A DNA stretch of 64,000 bases. It comes from a bacterium (GTDB taxonomy: Bacteria > Zhuqueibacterota > Zhuqueibacteria > Residuimicrobiales > Krinioviventaceae). Made by a program: the position numbers and the translations under genes. The stretch lies in NCBI GenBank assembly GCA_963674595.2, contig CAXXFV010000023.1, positions 512,001-576,000 on the forward strand, read 5' to 3'. Positions 28,934-39,181 of the stretch are shown one piece after another. Below the pieces are notes generated by a model, which searched no databases, had not been told where the DNA came from, and worked only from the letters and a program-made list of their open reading frames with translations. The stretch's first letter is position 1. Each line of letters begins with the position of its first letter.

Positions 28934-30808
28934 ATGAATTTAAAAAGCTGTGCTGATTTGCATGTCCATAGTAAATTTTCCCAAAACGCCGGTGATTGGC
29001 TTTTATCCAGTTTAGGGGTAAACGAGTGTTATACATCACCGATAGATGTTTACAATATGGCCAAAAAACGCGGAATGGATTATGTTACAATTACAGATCA
29101 TGATACCATTGACGGCGCCCTGGAACTGGCATTGATGGATGATTTTTTCATTAGTGAGGAAGTGACAACATTTTTTCCCGAGGATAAGGTTAAAGTCCAT
29201 GTTGTTGCCTTGTCTATTACCGAAGAACATCATCGCAACATTCAGAAATTGAGAAAAAATATTTACGAATTGGTCCAATATTTAAATCAGGAAAAGATTG
29301 TTCACTTTATTGCGCATCCGTTTTTTAGAATGAGTAAAGATTTGACCATGTTTCATTTTGAGAAACTGCTGTTAATGTTTAAAACTTTTGAAGTGCGCAA
29401 TGGTGGGAAACAACTTGTTCCCGATGATTTGCTGGATAAAGCTCTTGAAAATCTGTCGCAGGATCGGATAAATTATCTTGAAAATAAACATAACATGGCA
29501 GCAATCGGGAGCGATCCCTGGATAAAAGGTATGGTCGGCGGCAGCGATGATCACGGTGGTCTTACTATTGGCGATACACATACTGTTTGTCCGAAATCGG
29601 AAGATAAAAACCGGTTTTTGGAATTTATAAACAACAGACAAAGTATGGCCGGTGGAAAAGGCGGGAGTATGCTGACTGTGGCGCATACTATTTATTCGGT
29701 TACTTTTCATTCTATCCGAAACAGTGAGTATGATTTTGACACCATTGGGTCTGATATGATGTGGGCTGTGCTGGACCAGGTATTCGACAAGTCCGGCGAG
29801 AAAAATTCCATGACCCTGGCAAAAGCAGCATCTTTTTATTTGAATAGCAGGCTGCATCGGTTCGGATCAAAAAAGGATAATTCTTTATTTGAAATTCTTA
29901 ATAATCAGATCCAGGCGGTATTAAAAAAAGATTCGGATTTGTTGTCCCTTTTTAAACCGGATGAGCAGGTGGGCGATTATTGTCATGGCAAGTTGTTTCA
30001 GGTCATTGAGCAGATTATGAACACACTGCTGTCAACTTTTGATTTTGATGATTTGAAACAATCCAAAGAGGTAATGAATAATTTACAATTAATATTTAAA
30101 AAGCTGGCTGCCCTGGTTTTTCTCTTTGTGCCCTATGCTGTTGCGGGAAATACCGAATATCGTGACAGACATTTAATGAGATTAGCGTTTGAAAATTTTG
30201 CAAAGTTTAAAAACAATCATCATGCGGGAGTCGCTGTTTTTGCCGACGAGTCAGCAGGCCAATTAGTCGATTCAGGTTTGTTAAATGTCTTCTTAAAAGA
30301 GGAACAGATAAGTGACTCCCGCATTTCAATTTTTGGTTTATCAGATCAGGATTATGTCTCCTTGTATCATAAAAATTTTGCTCCTGTTGTTCATTATAAC
30401 ATGCCCTTTTTAAGCCCTGACCCTGTTGCTATTCCTCCGGTGCTTGATATTTTGTATTCAATGACACGCGGGGATTATGAGAAAATTTATATTCATTCTG
30501 CCGGTCCTATGGGCATTTTGGGTATTCTCATTGGTAAAATATTAAACATTCCAATTGTTGCCCGTTATCCTTTTCCTTTGGTCCTAAAAATATTGAAAGA
30601 CGCTGATGATTATAAAAAGGAACAAATGTTCAGGCATTTATTCACTGCAATGTATTCCAATGTTGATGAATTGCGTGTGCTAACGCCTGTTGCACAAGCA
30701 AGCGCCGAGTCTTTAAAAATCGATGAACGGAAAATTGTTATCATCAGCCAGACCTGTGATTTTTCGCCTTCTATTTCTAAGGAAGATCGGCTTTTAAAAC
30801 ATGAATAA
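28934..30808 (+). CDS. PHP-family phosphoesterase fused to a degenerate GT4 N-terminal domain
   Basis: DLHVHS, ITDHD, SEE, IAHP, GGSDDH; C-terminal IHSAGPMG...NIPIV resembles the GT4 N-domain; no EX7E domain. Confidence 0.75.
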   Translation: MNLKSCADLHVHSKFSQNAGDWLLSSLGVNECYTSPIDVYNMAKKRGMDYVTITDHDTIDGALELALMDDFFISEEVTTFFPEDKVKVHVVALSITEEHHRNIQKLRKNIYELVQYLNQEKIVHFIAHPFFRMSKDLTMFHFEKLLLMFKTFEVRNGGKQLVPDDLLDKALENLSQDRINYLENKHNMAAIGSDPWIKGMVGGSDDHGGLTIGDTHTVCPKSEDKNRFLEFINNRQSMAGGKGGSMLTVAHTIYSVTFHSIRNSEYDFDTIGSDMMWAVLDQVFDKSGEKNSMTLAKAASFYLNSRLHRFGSKKDNSLFEILNNQIQAVLKKDSDLLSLFKPDEQVGDYCHGKLFQVIEQIMNTLLSTFDFDDLKQSKEVMNNLQLIFKKLAALVFLFVPYAVAGNTEYRDRHLMRLAFENFAKFKNNHHAGVAVFADESAGQLVDSGLLNVFLKEEQISDSRISIFGLSDQDYVSLYHKNFAPVVHYNMPFLSPDPVAIPPVLDILYSMTRGDYEKIYIHSAGPMGILGILIGKILNIPIVARYPFPLVLKILKDADDYKKEQMFRHLFTAMYSNVDELRVLTPVAQASAESLKIDERKIVIISQTCDFSPSISKEDRLLKHE

Positions 30809-30825
30809 TTCCTGCAGGAATCAAT

Positions 30826-31995
30826 ATGTATGGATTTAAAGTTTGCGATCTTGCGCAAGCCTATACAACAAAAAGCGGGGGAATACGGACCTATATTCTG
30901 GAAAAACAAAAATTTTTAAATAAAAATGGTCTTGAACACATACTCATTATTCCCGGCGAAACTGATTCTCTGACGATTGATCATCTTTGCAAAGTTTATA
31001 CAATCGCTTCGCCCTCGGTCCCCGGATGCGAACCCTATCGTTTTATTTTACGGCTGGACAAGGTTTATCAAATTTTGCAAAAGGAAAGACCGGATATAAT
31101 AGAGTGCGGCAGTGGTTATTTATTACCTTATGCTGCTTTTGCTTACAGACATCGAAATCCTTGTTCTGTTTTTGGATTTTATCATACCGATTTCCCATCT
31201 GCTTATGTGCAGCCGTTTTTGGAAAAAAAGATCGGCCAAACCGCCGGAAAGGTTGGCCTGAAAATAGCAGGTGCTTATGCACGTTTTATTTATAATCATT
31301 GTGATGTAACCATAACGTCATCCACCCAGTTGGAGCAGAAATTATATCATTCCGGTGTTAAAAACGTCAGACGTGTGTTTTTGGGTGTTGATACGGAGCT
31401 GTTTAATCCGGTGAAACGTAATCCCTGTATCCGGCAAAGGCTGGGTGTGAAACAGGATCAATTATTGTTTATTTATCACGGACGGCTGGATAGTGAAAAA
31501 AGAATACCCCTGTTATTAAAAGCTTTTAACAAAGTGTGTGACGAACTTGACTGCTTTCTTTTGGTGTTGGGAGAAGGCCCTTATAAAGACTGGATTTTGG
31601 ATTGTTGTCAGGAAAATTCAAAAATTATATTCATGTCCTATGAAAGCAATCGAAATAAAATGGCTGAACTGTTGGCTTCGGCAGATATTTATATCACTGC
31701 CGGGCCTCATGAGACTTTTGGTTTGTCTGTATTAGAGGCACAGGCCAGCGGACTTGCTGTGGCCGGTGTCTATGCCGGTGCGCTTGTCGAACGGGTGCCG
31801 GACCATGTCGGTTTGTTGGCCGAACCGGATTCGATAGAGTCTATGGCCGGCACCATTTTTGACCTTTCTACGAACGGTTTTCGTGCAAAGGGCCAAAATG
31901 CCCGCAAGCTGGTGGAAGATAAATATTCATGGGAAAAAACTTTTCAACAGATTTTAAATTTATATCAGGAAAAATTTCGTGCTTGCAAAATTTAA
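30826..31995 (+). CDS. GT4 glycosyltransferase
   Basis: SGGIRTY, FYHTD, YHGRLDSEK, ETFGLSVLEAQASG. Confidence 0.9.
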   Translation: MYGFKVCDLAQAYTTKSGGIRTYILEKQKFLNKNGLEHILIIPGETDSLTIDHLCKVYTIASPSVPGCEPYRFILRLDKVYQILQKERPDIIECGSGYLLPYAAFAYRHRNPCSVFGFYHTDFPSAYVQPFLEKKIGQTAGKVGLKIAGAYARFIYNHCDVTITSSTQLEQKLYHSGVKNVRRVFLGVDTELFNPVKRNPCIRQRLGVKQDQLLFIYHGRLDSEKRIPLLLKAFNKVCDELDCFLLVLGEGPYKDWILDCCQENSKIIFMSYESNRNKMAELLASADIYITAGPHETFGLSVLEAQASGLAVAGVYAGALVERVPDHVGLLAEPDSIESMAGTIFDLSTNGFRAKGQNARKLVEDKYSWEKTFQQILNLYQEKFRACKI

Positions 31996-33055
31996 TCATC
32001 TCTTAAAATATCTGGCGGCTAGAAAAAATATTGCAATACTTGTTGTTCTGCTTGGATTGCTGGTTAATCTCGTTTTGACACTGGTGCTGACAGAACAGGA
32101 CATGTTTCATAAAATCTATGAGATTGATTTAAAATATTTGATTTTCGCAATATTTTTAACAATAGTTCCCTGGTTTACCAATTCATTGCGTGTTTTTTTG
32201 TGGGTCCGGTTTTTAAAATACAAATTTCCATATTTTAATATTTTTAAAATCATCCTGTCACAGGAATTAGGTGCTGCGCTTAGTCCCACAGCCATCGGTG
32301 GTGGATACGTAAAAACAGCCATGCTGATTAACAAGGGCGTTAAATCGGGGCAGGCCGTATCGCTCATGACCCTGGGAAGTGTGGAAGATGGTTTGTTTTT
32401 TCTTTCAAGTTTGCCATTGGCCGCTTTTATAACTCTATATTCAAAGCAATATTTGTTTAATAATTTTGAATTTGCAACTAAACTGCCAACTATATTAATA
32501 GTTGCTATAGCTGTTGCTGTTGTTATTATTCTGGTTCGCCGGCAGCGGGACCGTATTATGACCCTGTCATTTATAAAAAAAATAGTCAATACTCTAAAAA
32601 AAATGTGGCAGGATTTTATCGCCGTATATGTTCTTATCGGCAAACACGGGAAGGCCAGGTTTTGTTTGACAATCTTTTTGGCAGCCGTTCAATGGACATG
32701 TCGTTATTCGGTTTTAACGGCCTTGTTAATGTCGTTGCATATCCCTGTTCACCCTGTTCAAATTTTTCTTTTACAATGGATTACTTTTACATTGATGACA
32801 TTTATACCGACACCCGGCGCCGCACTTGGAGCGGAAGCGTCATTTGCGCTGGTTTATTCACCAATCGTTCCTATAGAATATACAGGGATGATTATAGCTG
32901 CCTGGAGGTTTTTGACTTTTTATTTTTTAATCGGATTGAGTACCGTTATTTTAGGTGTTTTGAATTTAATAACACTGGTCAGGAAAAAAAGGAAAAGTTG
33001 TGTTAAAAAGCGGATCAGGAGGTTACAGGATTTTACCCTGGTTTCCGGTAATTGA
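31979..33055 (+). CDS. Lysylphosphatidylglycerol synthase TM-like (UPF0104/flippase-like) membrane protein
   Basis: LSPTAIGGG, PTPGAALGAE, WRFLTFY; multiple TM segments; overlaps the upstream GT4 stop. Confidence 0.85.
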   Translation: MLAKFNHLLKYLAARKNIAILVVLLGLLVNLVLTLVLTEQDMFHKIYEIDLKYLIFAIFLTIVPWFTNSLRVFLWVRFLKYKFPYFNIFKIILSQELGAALSPTAIGGGYVKTAMLINKGVKSGQAVSLMTLGSVEDGLFFLSSLPLAAFITLYSKQYLFNNFEFATKLPTILIVAIAVAVVIILVRRQRDRIMTLSFIKKIVNTLKKMWQDFIAVYVLIGKHGKARFCLTIFLAAVQWTCRYSVLTALLMSLHIPVHPVQIFLLQWITFTLMTFIPTPGAALGAEASFALVYSPIVPIEYTGMIIAAWRFLTFYFLIGLSTVILGVLNLITLVRKKRKSCVKKRIRRLQDFTLVSGN

Positions 33056-33086
33056 GTTATAGGCGTGATTTAATGTGCGGAAATTT

Positions 33087-33371
33087 TTAAATCCAGGAAA
33101 AGAAAATAACCAGAAAAGTAGATGCAATAATAGCCACAACCCAGTACCATGTTGTACAAAATTTTCGTTCTTTGTATTTATCCAACAATGTCTCATATAG
33201 AGTCGCCAGAAAAGGTGGGATGGCCAGCGTCAGAAACCCGATTGGTTCCTTTAGCACACGTTTTGAAAAATACGCCATTATGACAATACTGAATCCTGTT
33301 GCCAATGCAATTTGGATATGCGGAGATTTGAAAAAGTTTTTAATATTATCCATCTGTGTAACACCATTCAA
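33087..33371 (-). CDS. Small hypothetical membrane protein
   Basis: Three hydrophobic segments; abuts the GNAT stop codon. Confidence 0.6.
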   Translation of the reverse strand: MNGVTQMDNIKNFFKSPHIQIALATGFSIVIMAYFSKRVLKEPIGFLTLAIPPFLATLYETLLDKYKERKFCTTWYWVVAIIASTFLVIFFSWI

Positions 33372-33851
33372 TTATTTAGTGCTAATAATTTTCATTTCCA
33401 TTGGTAAATATTTAATTCCTTGTTCTTCCTGCATTGTACCTGCTTCCACAAATCCCAGTTTTTTGTAAATCGGGATTGAAAAAGGTGAAGCATGAACATA
33501 AAACATGTCGATATTCGGATCTCTCTGTATACATGTTTTTAGAGATTCCTGAAAAAGCTTTTTGGCGATACCAAACCCCTGATATTTTTTGTCTACAAAC
33601 AGTAATGAAATATTTTTATTCTCTCTAATTTCAATCATTCCGACAATCCTGTTGTCAATAAAAGCAACCATCAGATTGTTTTGCTTTTTTTGCCGTTCAG
33701 CAATTCTGTTTGGCTGAATCCAGTCATAAAAGAATTGGTTGCTCTCATCAGAATAATCAATCGCAACGAATTCATCATACACTTTTTTTATCAGTTGATG
33801 AATTTCAATTTCCTGTCCTTTTTGGAATGGTTCGATTTTTATGGTATTCAT
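33372..33851 (-). CDS. GNAT family N-acetyltransferase
   Basis: LLFVDKKYQGFGIAKKL, VHASPFSIPIYKKLGF. Confidence 0.9.
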   Translation of the reverse strand: MNTIKIEPFQKGQEIEIHQLIKKVYDEFVAIDYSDESNQFFYDWIQPNRIAERQKKQNNLMVAFIDNRIVGMIEIRENKNISLLFVDKKYQGFGIAKKLFQESLKTCIQRDPNIDMFYVHASPFSIPIYKKLGFVEAGTMQEEQGIKYLPMEMKIISTK

Positions 33852-33894
33852 TATATACTTGTTCGATTGATATTTTTTTAAAAATCAGATTTTT

Positions 33895-34260
33895 TCAAGA
33901 TATATTGGTTTTTTCAACCTTTTGTACACAACGGCAAAAGCCATGAAATATGGCGCATATCCCGCCAAAAATTGAAAACAGTCCCCAAAATAAAGGCCTT
34001 AAAAATATATAAAATAAAGTTCCTTTACAATAGGGTAATAAATATAATCCCCATGTCACCAGGGCACAACCGACAATGACCAAAGTATGGCCGAATATTA
34101 AAGTTGCATTTCGGCCGGGTTTAAGGCCGATGTAAACAAGAGAGCAGCCCACAGAAAAGGGAATGATCCCTTTATAACTTTTTGCAACAAAAATAAAAAA
34201 GAGGGCAAATAGGATTAAAAGTATACCAAAGACGAACGAAATGGGTTTTCTGATTTTCAA
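33895..34260 (-). CDS. Hypothetical membrane protein
   Basis: TTG start with GGAGG RBS; four TM segments; C-terminal HGFCRC. Confidence 0.65.
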   Translation of the reverse strand: MKIRKPISFVFGILLILFALFFIFVAKSYKGIIPFSVGCSLVYIGLKPGRNATLIFGHTLVIVGCALVTWGLYLLPYCKGTLFYIFLRPLFWGLFSIFGGICAIFHGFCRCVQKVEKTNIS

Positions 34261-34412
34261 GGGACCTCCACTTGTCTTGCTGATAAATAAGTCAGTTAAT
34301 CTTGTTGGGTTAATCTATATTTTGTGAATTTTGTCTTTTTAATATATAGAAATATTTTTCTTCAGTCAACCAGTTTGAATTTTGGATGGTTGGGACATGC
34401 TGTTGATAAAAT

Positions 34413-35741
34413 CTATTCACACTTGTTCTCTCTAACGAACATGATAAAAAGCAGCATGGACGTGCAGGACAGAACAGCGCCTGTTCCGAATGCTGTTAAT
34501 GCACCGAATTTCGTGTATAAAAAACCAAACATGATACTTGCCGGCAGGGCTGACAAACCTATGGCAAAATTAAATAATCCAAAGGCACTGCCGCGTAATT
34601 CCGGTTTAACCAAATCCGCTACAAATGCCTTTTCAGCACCTTCAACAAACGCGTAATAAAGGGCATAAACAGCAAAAAGAACAAACGTGGCTATAATTTG
34701 TAAGGAGTCCGGTAAGCGGTCAAGTAATGCAAAGGATATATAAACAAATGTATAAATTCCCCAGCCGATATTGATGACGATTTTTCGGCCGATTTTGTCC
34801 GACAGTGCACCGAGATGGGTCGAAAAGGACACTTTGATGATATGAAAAAAAGCCCAAATAAAAGGAATGAATAAAATGTCTATCAGTTTTTTTTGTGTTT
34901 CCACGTCACCAAAGTGACTGACCATGCTGCCGATGACCGGTGTTGAGTAAATTATGGAATAAAGTGATTCACTGTTATGGAGAACATGCTGTACCCTGAA
35001 AAGTAAAAATGCATCCGATGAATTTCCCAGCGTAAAGAGTGTTATAATACCCAGATAGATGATCAGGTTTTTATCAAATTGTTTTAAAGAAAAAGTTATT
35101 TTTTTTGATGATAAAGCCTGAACTTTTTTTTCATGAACAAAAAATACGAGTGTTATAAGAGAAAGAAGGCCGGGAATGATAGCCAGCACAAATGTCCGGC
35201 GAAGGATTGAAACTGTATCCTGCATGTGAAAAACAAGAATCAGTATTATCAGAGCAGATAACGCAAGAAACGGTCCGATAACGGCCCCGGCATGGTCCAT
35301 GGCCCGATGAAAGCCGTATGCTTTTCCGCGAATACGGTCATCAACGGAAAAAGCAATCAGCGCGTCACGGGGTGCCGTACGAATGCCTTTGCCTGTTCGG
35401 TCGATCATTCTGATAAATATAATTTGCCATGCCGCAGAAACGAGTCCGGTAAAAGGGCGGACGATTGTTGATATTCCGTAACCGATAACAACGAGTAATT
35501 TTCGTTTACCAATTTTATCGGAAATGATGCCGCTGACCAGTTTCAGCACCGAAGCTGTTGTTTCCGCCACACCTTCAATGATCCCCAAAATTAATGCACT
35601 GGAACCCAGGGACACGATAAATATGGGAACAAGCGGATAAATCATTTCGCTGGCAGCATCTGTAAAAAGGCTGACCAAGCCGAGCATGATAACATTCCGG
35701 CTTATCTTGTTTCGCTGGGTATTTTGAATACGAGTTTTCAT
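34413..35741 (-). CDS. MFS transporter
   Basis: SGIISDKIGKRK motif A, DRTGKGIRTAPRDAL, GALSDKIGRK. Confidence 0.92.
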   Translation of the reverse strand: MKTRIQNTQRNKISRNVIMLGLVSLFTDAASEMIYPLVPIFIVSLGSSALILGIIEGVAETTASVLKLVSGIISDKIGKRKLLVVIGYGISTIVRPFTGLVSAAWQIIFIRMIDRTGKGIRTAPRDALIAFSVDDRIRGKAYGFHRAMDHAGAVIGPFLALSALIILILVFHMQDTVSILRRTFVLAIIPGLLSLITLVFFVHEKKVQALSSKKITFSLKQFDKNLIIYLGIITLFTLGNSSDAFLLFRVQHVLHNSESLYSIIYSTPVIGSMVSHFGDVETQKKLIDILFIPFIWAFFHIIKVSFSTHLGALSDKIGRKIVINIGWGIYTFVYISFALLDRLPDSLQIIATFVLFAVYALYYAFVEGAEKAFVADLVKPELRGSAFGLFNFAIGLSALPASIMFGFLYTKFGALTAFGTGAVLSCTSMLLFIMFVRENKCE

Positions 35742-35843
35742 CTGATCGCTTTTTTAAAATTCCATGTAAAAAGAGAATTAATGATGTGTTCGTTTCAAAA
35801 ATAACTGGGTGATTTTTAGAGTAATTGTATTAAAATATTTACT

Positions 35844-36656
35844 TTACTTATTTATGAATTTTGATATAATGACCTGACGGTTTTTTTTATGAATTGAAAA
35901 AATAGTATTTTTATTGCTCCGGTCCCATGCAATTCCCTGTCCCAAACACTGTAGCGGAACCGTATCTACAAGCTCTAAAAAAGAACCTTTTTCCGGTAAT
36001 TGCAAGACATATAATTCGGGATGATCATGGCCTGTACAATACAGATAGCCGTCAGGTCCCCATGAACCGCCTGAATTGCTCATGGGTTTAAATCTTTCTA
36101 CAATATCCGGAGTGAAAAGCCATGCTTCCAGTTTGTTCCAGTTTTTATCAAATTTAACAACCGTTGTCCATTCCGTTCCTTTAAGGGTTTCTGTTTTCCA
36201 TTTATCATACTGGGCAAAGGACGCCCACCAGAATCCATCATGCCAGTCTACCCAGGTGCAGGAGCCCCATTGAATTCCAAAACTGTGTGATTCAATATGT
36301 TCCAGCGTCTCTGGGTCCCAAACCTCTATCGAACTTGTCATGGGAATTCCGGGATAGTTGGAATGAGCACAATATAATTTCCCGTTAATAACAGCACCAC
36401 TGTCCAAATGAATGATCGGTCCGTTCTCTTGTTCCTGCCATTGTTTAATAAATTCTCCGGTTACCCGATTGTATTTGGCAATTTGCCGTGTATTAATGGC
36501 ATAAAAAAAAGAGTCATCAACGGCTACACCTTGCCGGGCTTCCGGAACATCAAACTGGTTGATAATTTCAAATTTTCTTTCCCCGGAATATCCATTTGTT
36601 GACGTTAATATTATGGCCGTAAAAAATAGAGATATTATTTTTTGATAATATTTCAT
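35844..36656 (-). CDS. Secreted hypothetical protein, probable beta-propeller
   Basis: Signal peptide; ARQGVAVD, SNSGGSWGPDG, GQGIAWD blade-like motifs. Confidence 0.55.
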   Translation of the reverse strand: MKYYQKIISLFFTAIILTSTNGYSGERKFEIINQFDVPEARQGVAVDDSFFYAINTRQIAKYNRVTGEFIKQWQEQENGPIIHLDSGAVINGKLYCAHSNYPGIPMTSSIEVWDPETLEHIESHSFGIQWGSCTWVDWHDGFWWASFAQYDKWKTETLKGTEWTTVVKFDKNWNKLEAWLFTPDIVERFKPMSNSGGSWGPDGYLYCTGHDHPELYVLQLPEKGSFLELVDTVPLQCLGQGIAWDRSNKNTIFSIHKKNRQVIISKFINK

Positions 36657-36752
36657 TTAAATCCTTTTAATTTTTTTATAAAATACATCCTGATTTTCAT
36701 AATACCTGAGATAAAAATATATAATACATTTTTACTGCTAAAGTTAGAACTA

Positions 36753-37745
36753 TTATTCCGGTCCAAAGACTCCCAGTTCTGAATCGATTTCCTTGTAACT
36801 TTGTTTGAATATTTTTACATGTATAAAAAGCATATAGGCAACAAGCGCATAGGTTACCAGCATTCTTAGTGTTTGGGTCATCGGTATTGTGTGCTGAGTC
36901 CATAACGTTACAATAAAGTCTGTGCTCAGAAGCAGTGTAAATAGAAGCAGAATGTTTTTTGCTCCTATCTTTACAGCAAGATAAGCGGCGAGAAACAGTC
37001 CTGCGATTGTAACACCCGGAACGGCTGAAAACCAGAGGGAAAGAGGGACGTGATTGAAAATTATGTTCAATATAGTTCCCGCTAAAGATACGGCAGCCAT
37101 AAGTGAAATACTTGTGATTATAGAGACCGCAGGATTTATTTTAAAAATAACGGTTAGTATAAAATAAAAAATGGTATCAATTCCAAAACCAATCCAGCCG
37201 GTAATAAGGCCGCCAAGAAAAGAGAACACAGCAAGAATGGTTATATTTTTGATATTTATTTTTATATACAAATTGGGATATTTGTGTCTGAAAATAATTG
37301 AAATGAAAATAATCTGGGTTAATCCAAAAGCGATAAAGTTGAATATCAGAGTCAGCAATTCGGGATTTTCAATCGGAAAAAACACAATGCTGAATACGAC
37401 TCCGGTGATACCTCCACAGAGACATACGGGGATGACATTTTTTATAAAGAGTTTCTTGTTGACAAGAAACCATCGGAACGTTCCCAAGCCCATGCCATAG
37501 GCCTGAATAATTAAACTAAACTGCACCGCTGTAATCGGTTCTATGTTTATACGCGTCAGAATTGGAAAATATACGATCCCCGCTGCAGCAGGGGTGGTGT
37601 TGGCAACTGTTGCTGCAATTATTCCGAGAAAAGGCATGTAATAAAATTTATGGAGAAAATCCTCACGGAAACAGGGGAAGAATATAATCCAGCCAACTGA
37701 AACGATGGCAAATATTAAATATGGCAAAAGTTTTTTGTTTTTCAC
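36753..37745 (-). CDS. Sulfite exporter TauE/SafE family membrane protein
   Basis: Two repeats (AAGIVYFPIL; GWIGFGID) in a highly hydrophobic protein. Confidence 0.7.
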   Translation of the reverse strand: MKNKKLLPYLIFAIVSVGWIIFFPCFREDFLHKFYYMPFLGIIAATVANTTPAAAGIVYFPILTRINIEPITAVQFSLIIQAYGMGLGTFRWFLVNKKLFIKNVIPVCLCGGITGVVFSIVFFPIENPELLTLIFNFIAFGLTQIIFISIIFRHKYPNLYIKINIKNITILAVFSFLGGLITGWIGFGIDTIFYFILTVIFKINPAVSIITSISLMAAVSLAGTILNIIFNHVPLSLWFSAVPGVTIAGLFLAAYLAVKIGAKNILLLFTLLLSTDFIVTLWTQHTIPMTQTLRMLVTYALVAYMLFIHVKIFKQSYKEIDSELGVFGPE

Positions 37746-37934
37746 AAGTGGCCTTTACTTTATCTACGGTATCATCTGGCTTGCAAACCACTATTTATCT
37801 ATTTACTGTGCTGTTTGTGTCAAATAACCAACATGAACTTTTTGCTGAAAATATCCTCAGGTTTTTTTAAAAAACATTTACTAGTTCCCCAAACTCTCAA
37901 CTGTCCTGAATAATAATATATTATGATTGATAAT

Positions 37935-38095
37935 GTAATAATACAAATTAAATAAAATCAGCGCAAGAGATTTTTAAATGTATCGGAAATAAAGGAACGG
38001 CAGGTTTATACCGGGATTCAAACTGTAAAATCGGTTTAATGGTTTTTCTGATTTGGGGCGGCGAATGGGTACTTGACAGCTCTGAGAAAATTCCC
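37935..38095 (-). repeat. Dispersed intergenic module copy A, containing promoter P4
   Basis: Aligns with 39182-39331; contains AAAAATCTC-TTGCGC-17 bp-TATTAT on the minus strand. Confidence 0.85.
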
Positions 38096-38099
38096 AAAG

Positions 38100-39086
38100 T
38101 TAGCGAATAATATAGGGACCTTGTTCGGTCCAGCCGATTTCTACTTTCGAAATATACCAGGTTTTCCCATTATCATTATTGCCCTGAAAAAACAGGTATG
38201 TTTTTTCGTCGCTATCTTTAAAGATATGCGGATGACCGGATTCGCTTGAATTCCACTCTCCGGGTTTGCCGTTTGATAAAAAAGGCGTTTCTGATATCTT
38301 TTTCCAGTTAATGCCGTCATTGCTTTTTGCAACACCGATTTGTTGGGGCTCATTATTGTACGCTCCGGCATAAAACATGAATAATAAATTGTCACGCTGA
38401 ATAATTGAGGCTCCTTCTACACATTTTCGTTCCCACGGATATTCCGGTTTTAAAATGGAATGATCTGTTAGCTGTTGCCAATCATTTCTGCTAAAATTCG
38501 TATTTAATGGGGCGGCAGCGACTCCCTGCATTTGAACAGACATGGTGGTATCGCGGGTTGCAAAGTATAATAAATATTTATCATTAAATTTGACAACTTC
38601 TGCGTCAATGGCCCTGCCGATTGTCCAGTCTCCTTGCGGATTAAAAACCGGATTTGTTGAATTTCGGATAAAATCGATTCCGTTTTGAGAAAACGCGTGA
38701 CAGATAGCATCATTTTTACCGTTGCCATAGGTTTGATAAAAAATGTGAACCGTGTCCTGAATGACCAATGCACACGGCGCACATAATCCTTTTGCTTCAT
38801 AATCTGCCTGGGGTATAATTTCGCCTGTTTTTACCCAGTTTACCAGATCATGACTTTCGGCGATTCCTATTCCCCAACCTTTAATGGGATTCGTTTTGTC
38901 CGAGTATGGTGGAATAGAGTAATACATCAGGTATCTATTCTGAAAATGAATGACGTGTGGGTCTTTTGAGTACGGTACACCTAGTCTGGAAGTATCCCCG
39001 AACATCATTCTTTCGGTTGATTCTGCTCTTCCCGCACCAATACTAAACGCTATTGTCAAAATAAAACTCAAAAGAACCTTTTTCAA
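38100..39086 (-). CDS. GH43-like five-bladed beta-propeller glycoside hydrolase, secreted
   Basis: KDPHV, CAP, AIDAEV, VEGASI, SGHP blade motifs; signal peptide; TTG start. Confidence 0.85.
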   Translation of the reverse strand: MKKVLLSFILTIAFSIGAGRAESTERMMFGDTSRLGVPYSKDPHVIHFQNRYLMYYSIPPYSDKTNPIKGWGIGIAESHDLVNWVKTGEIIPQADYEAKGLCAPCALVIQDTVHIFYQTYGNGKNDAICHAFSQNGIDFIRNSTNPVFNPQGDWTIGRAIDAEVVKFNDKYLLYFATRDTTMSVQMQGVAAAPLNTNFSRNDWQQLTDHSILKPEYPWERKCVEGASIIQRDNLLFMFYAGAYNNEPQQIGVAKSNDGINWKKISETPFLSNGKPGEWNSSESGHPHIFKDSDEKTYLFFQGNNDNGKTWYISKVEIGWTEQGPYIIR

Positions 39087-39181
39087 AATATTTTTCCTTA
39101 TAATTAACTTTTGTTGTGTTGAAAACTATCAACTGCAAATATATGTTCATAAACAAATTTTTTAATATAAAGAAATTGCAC

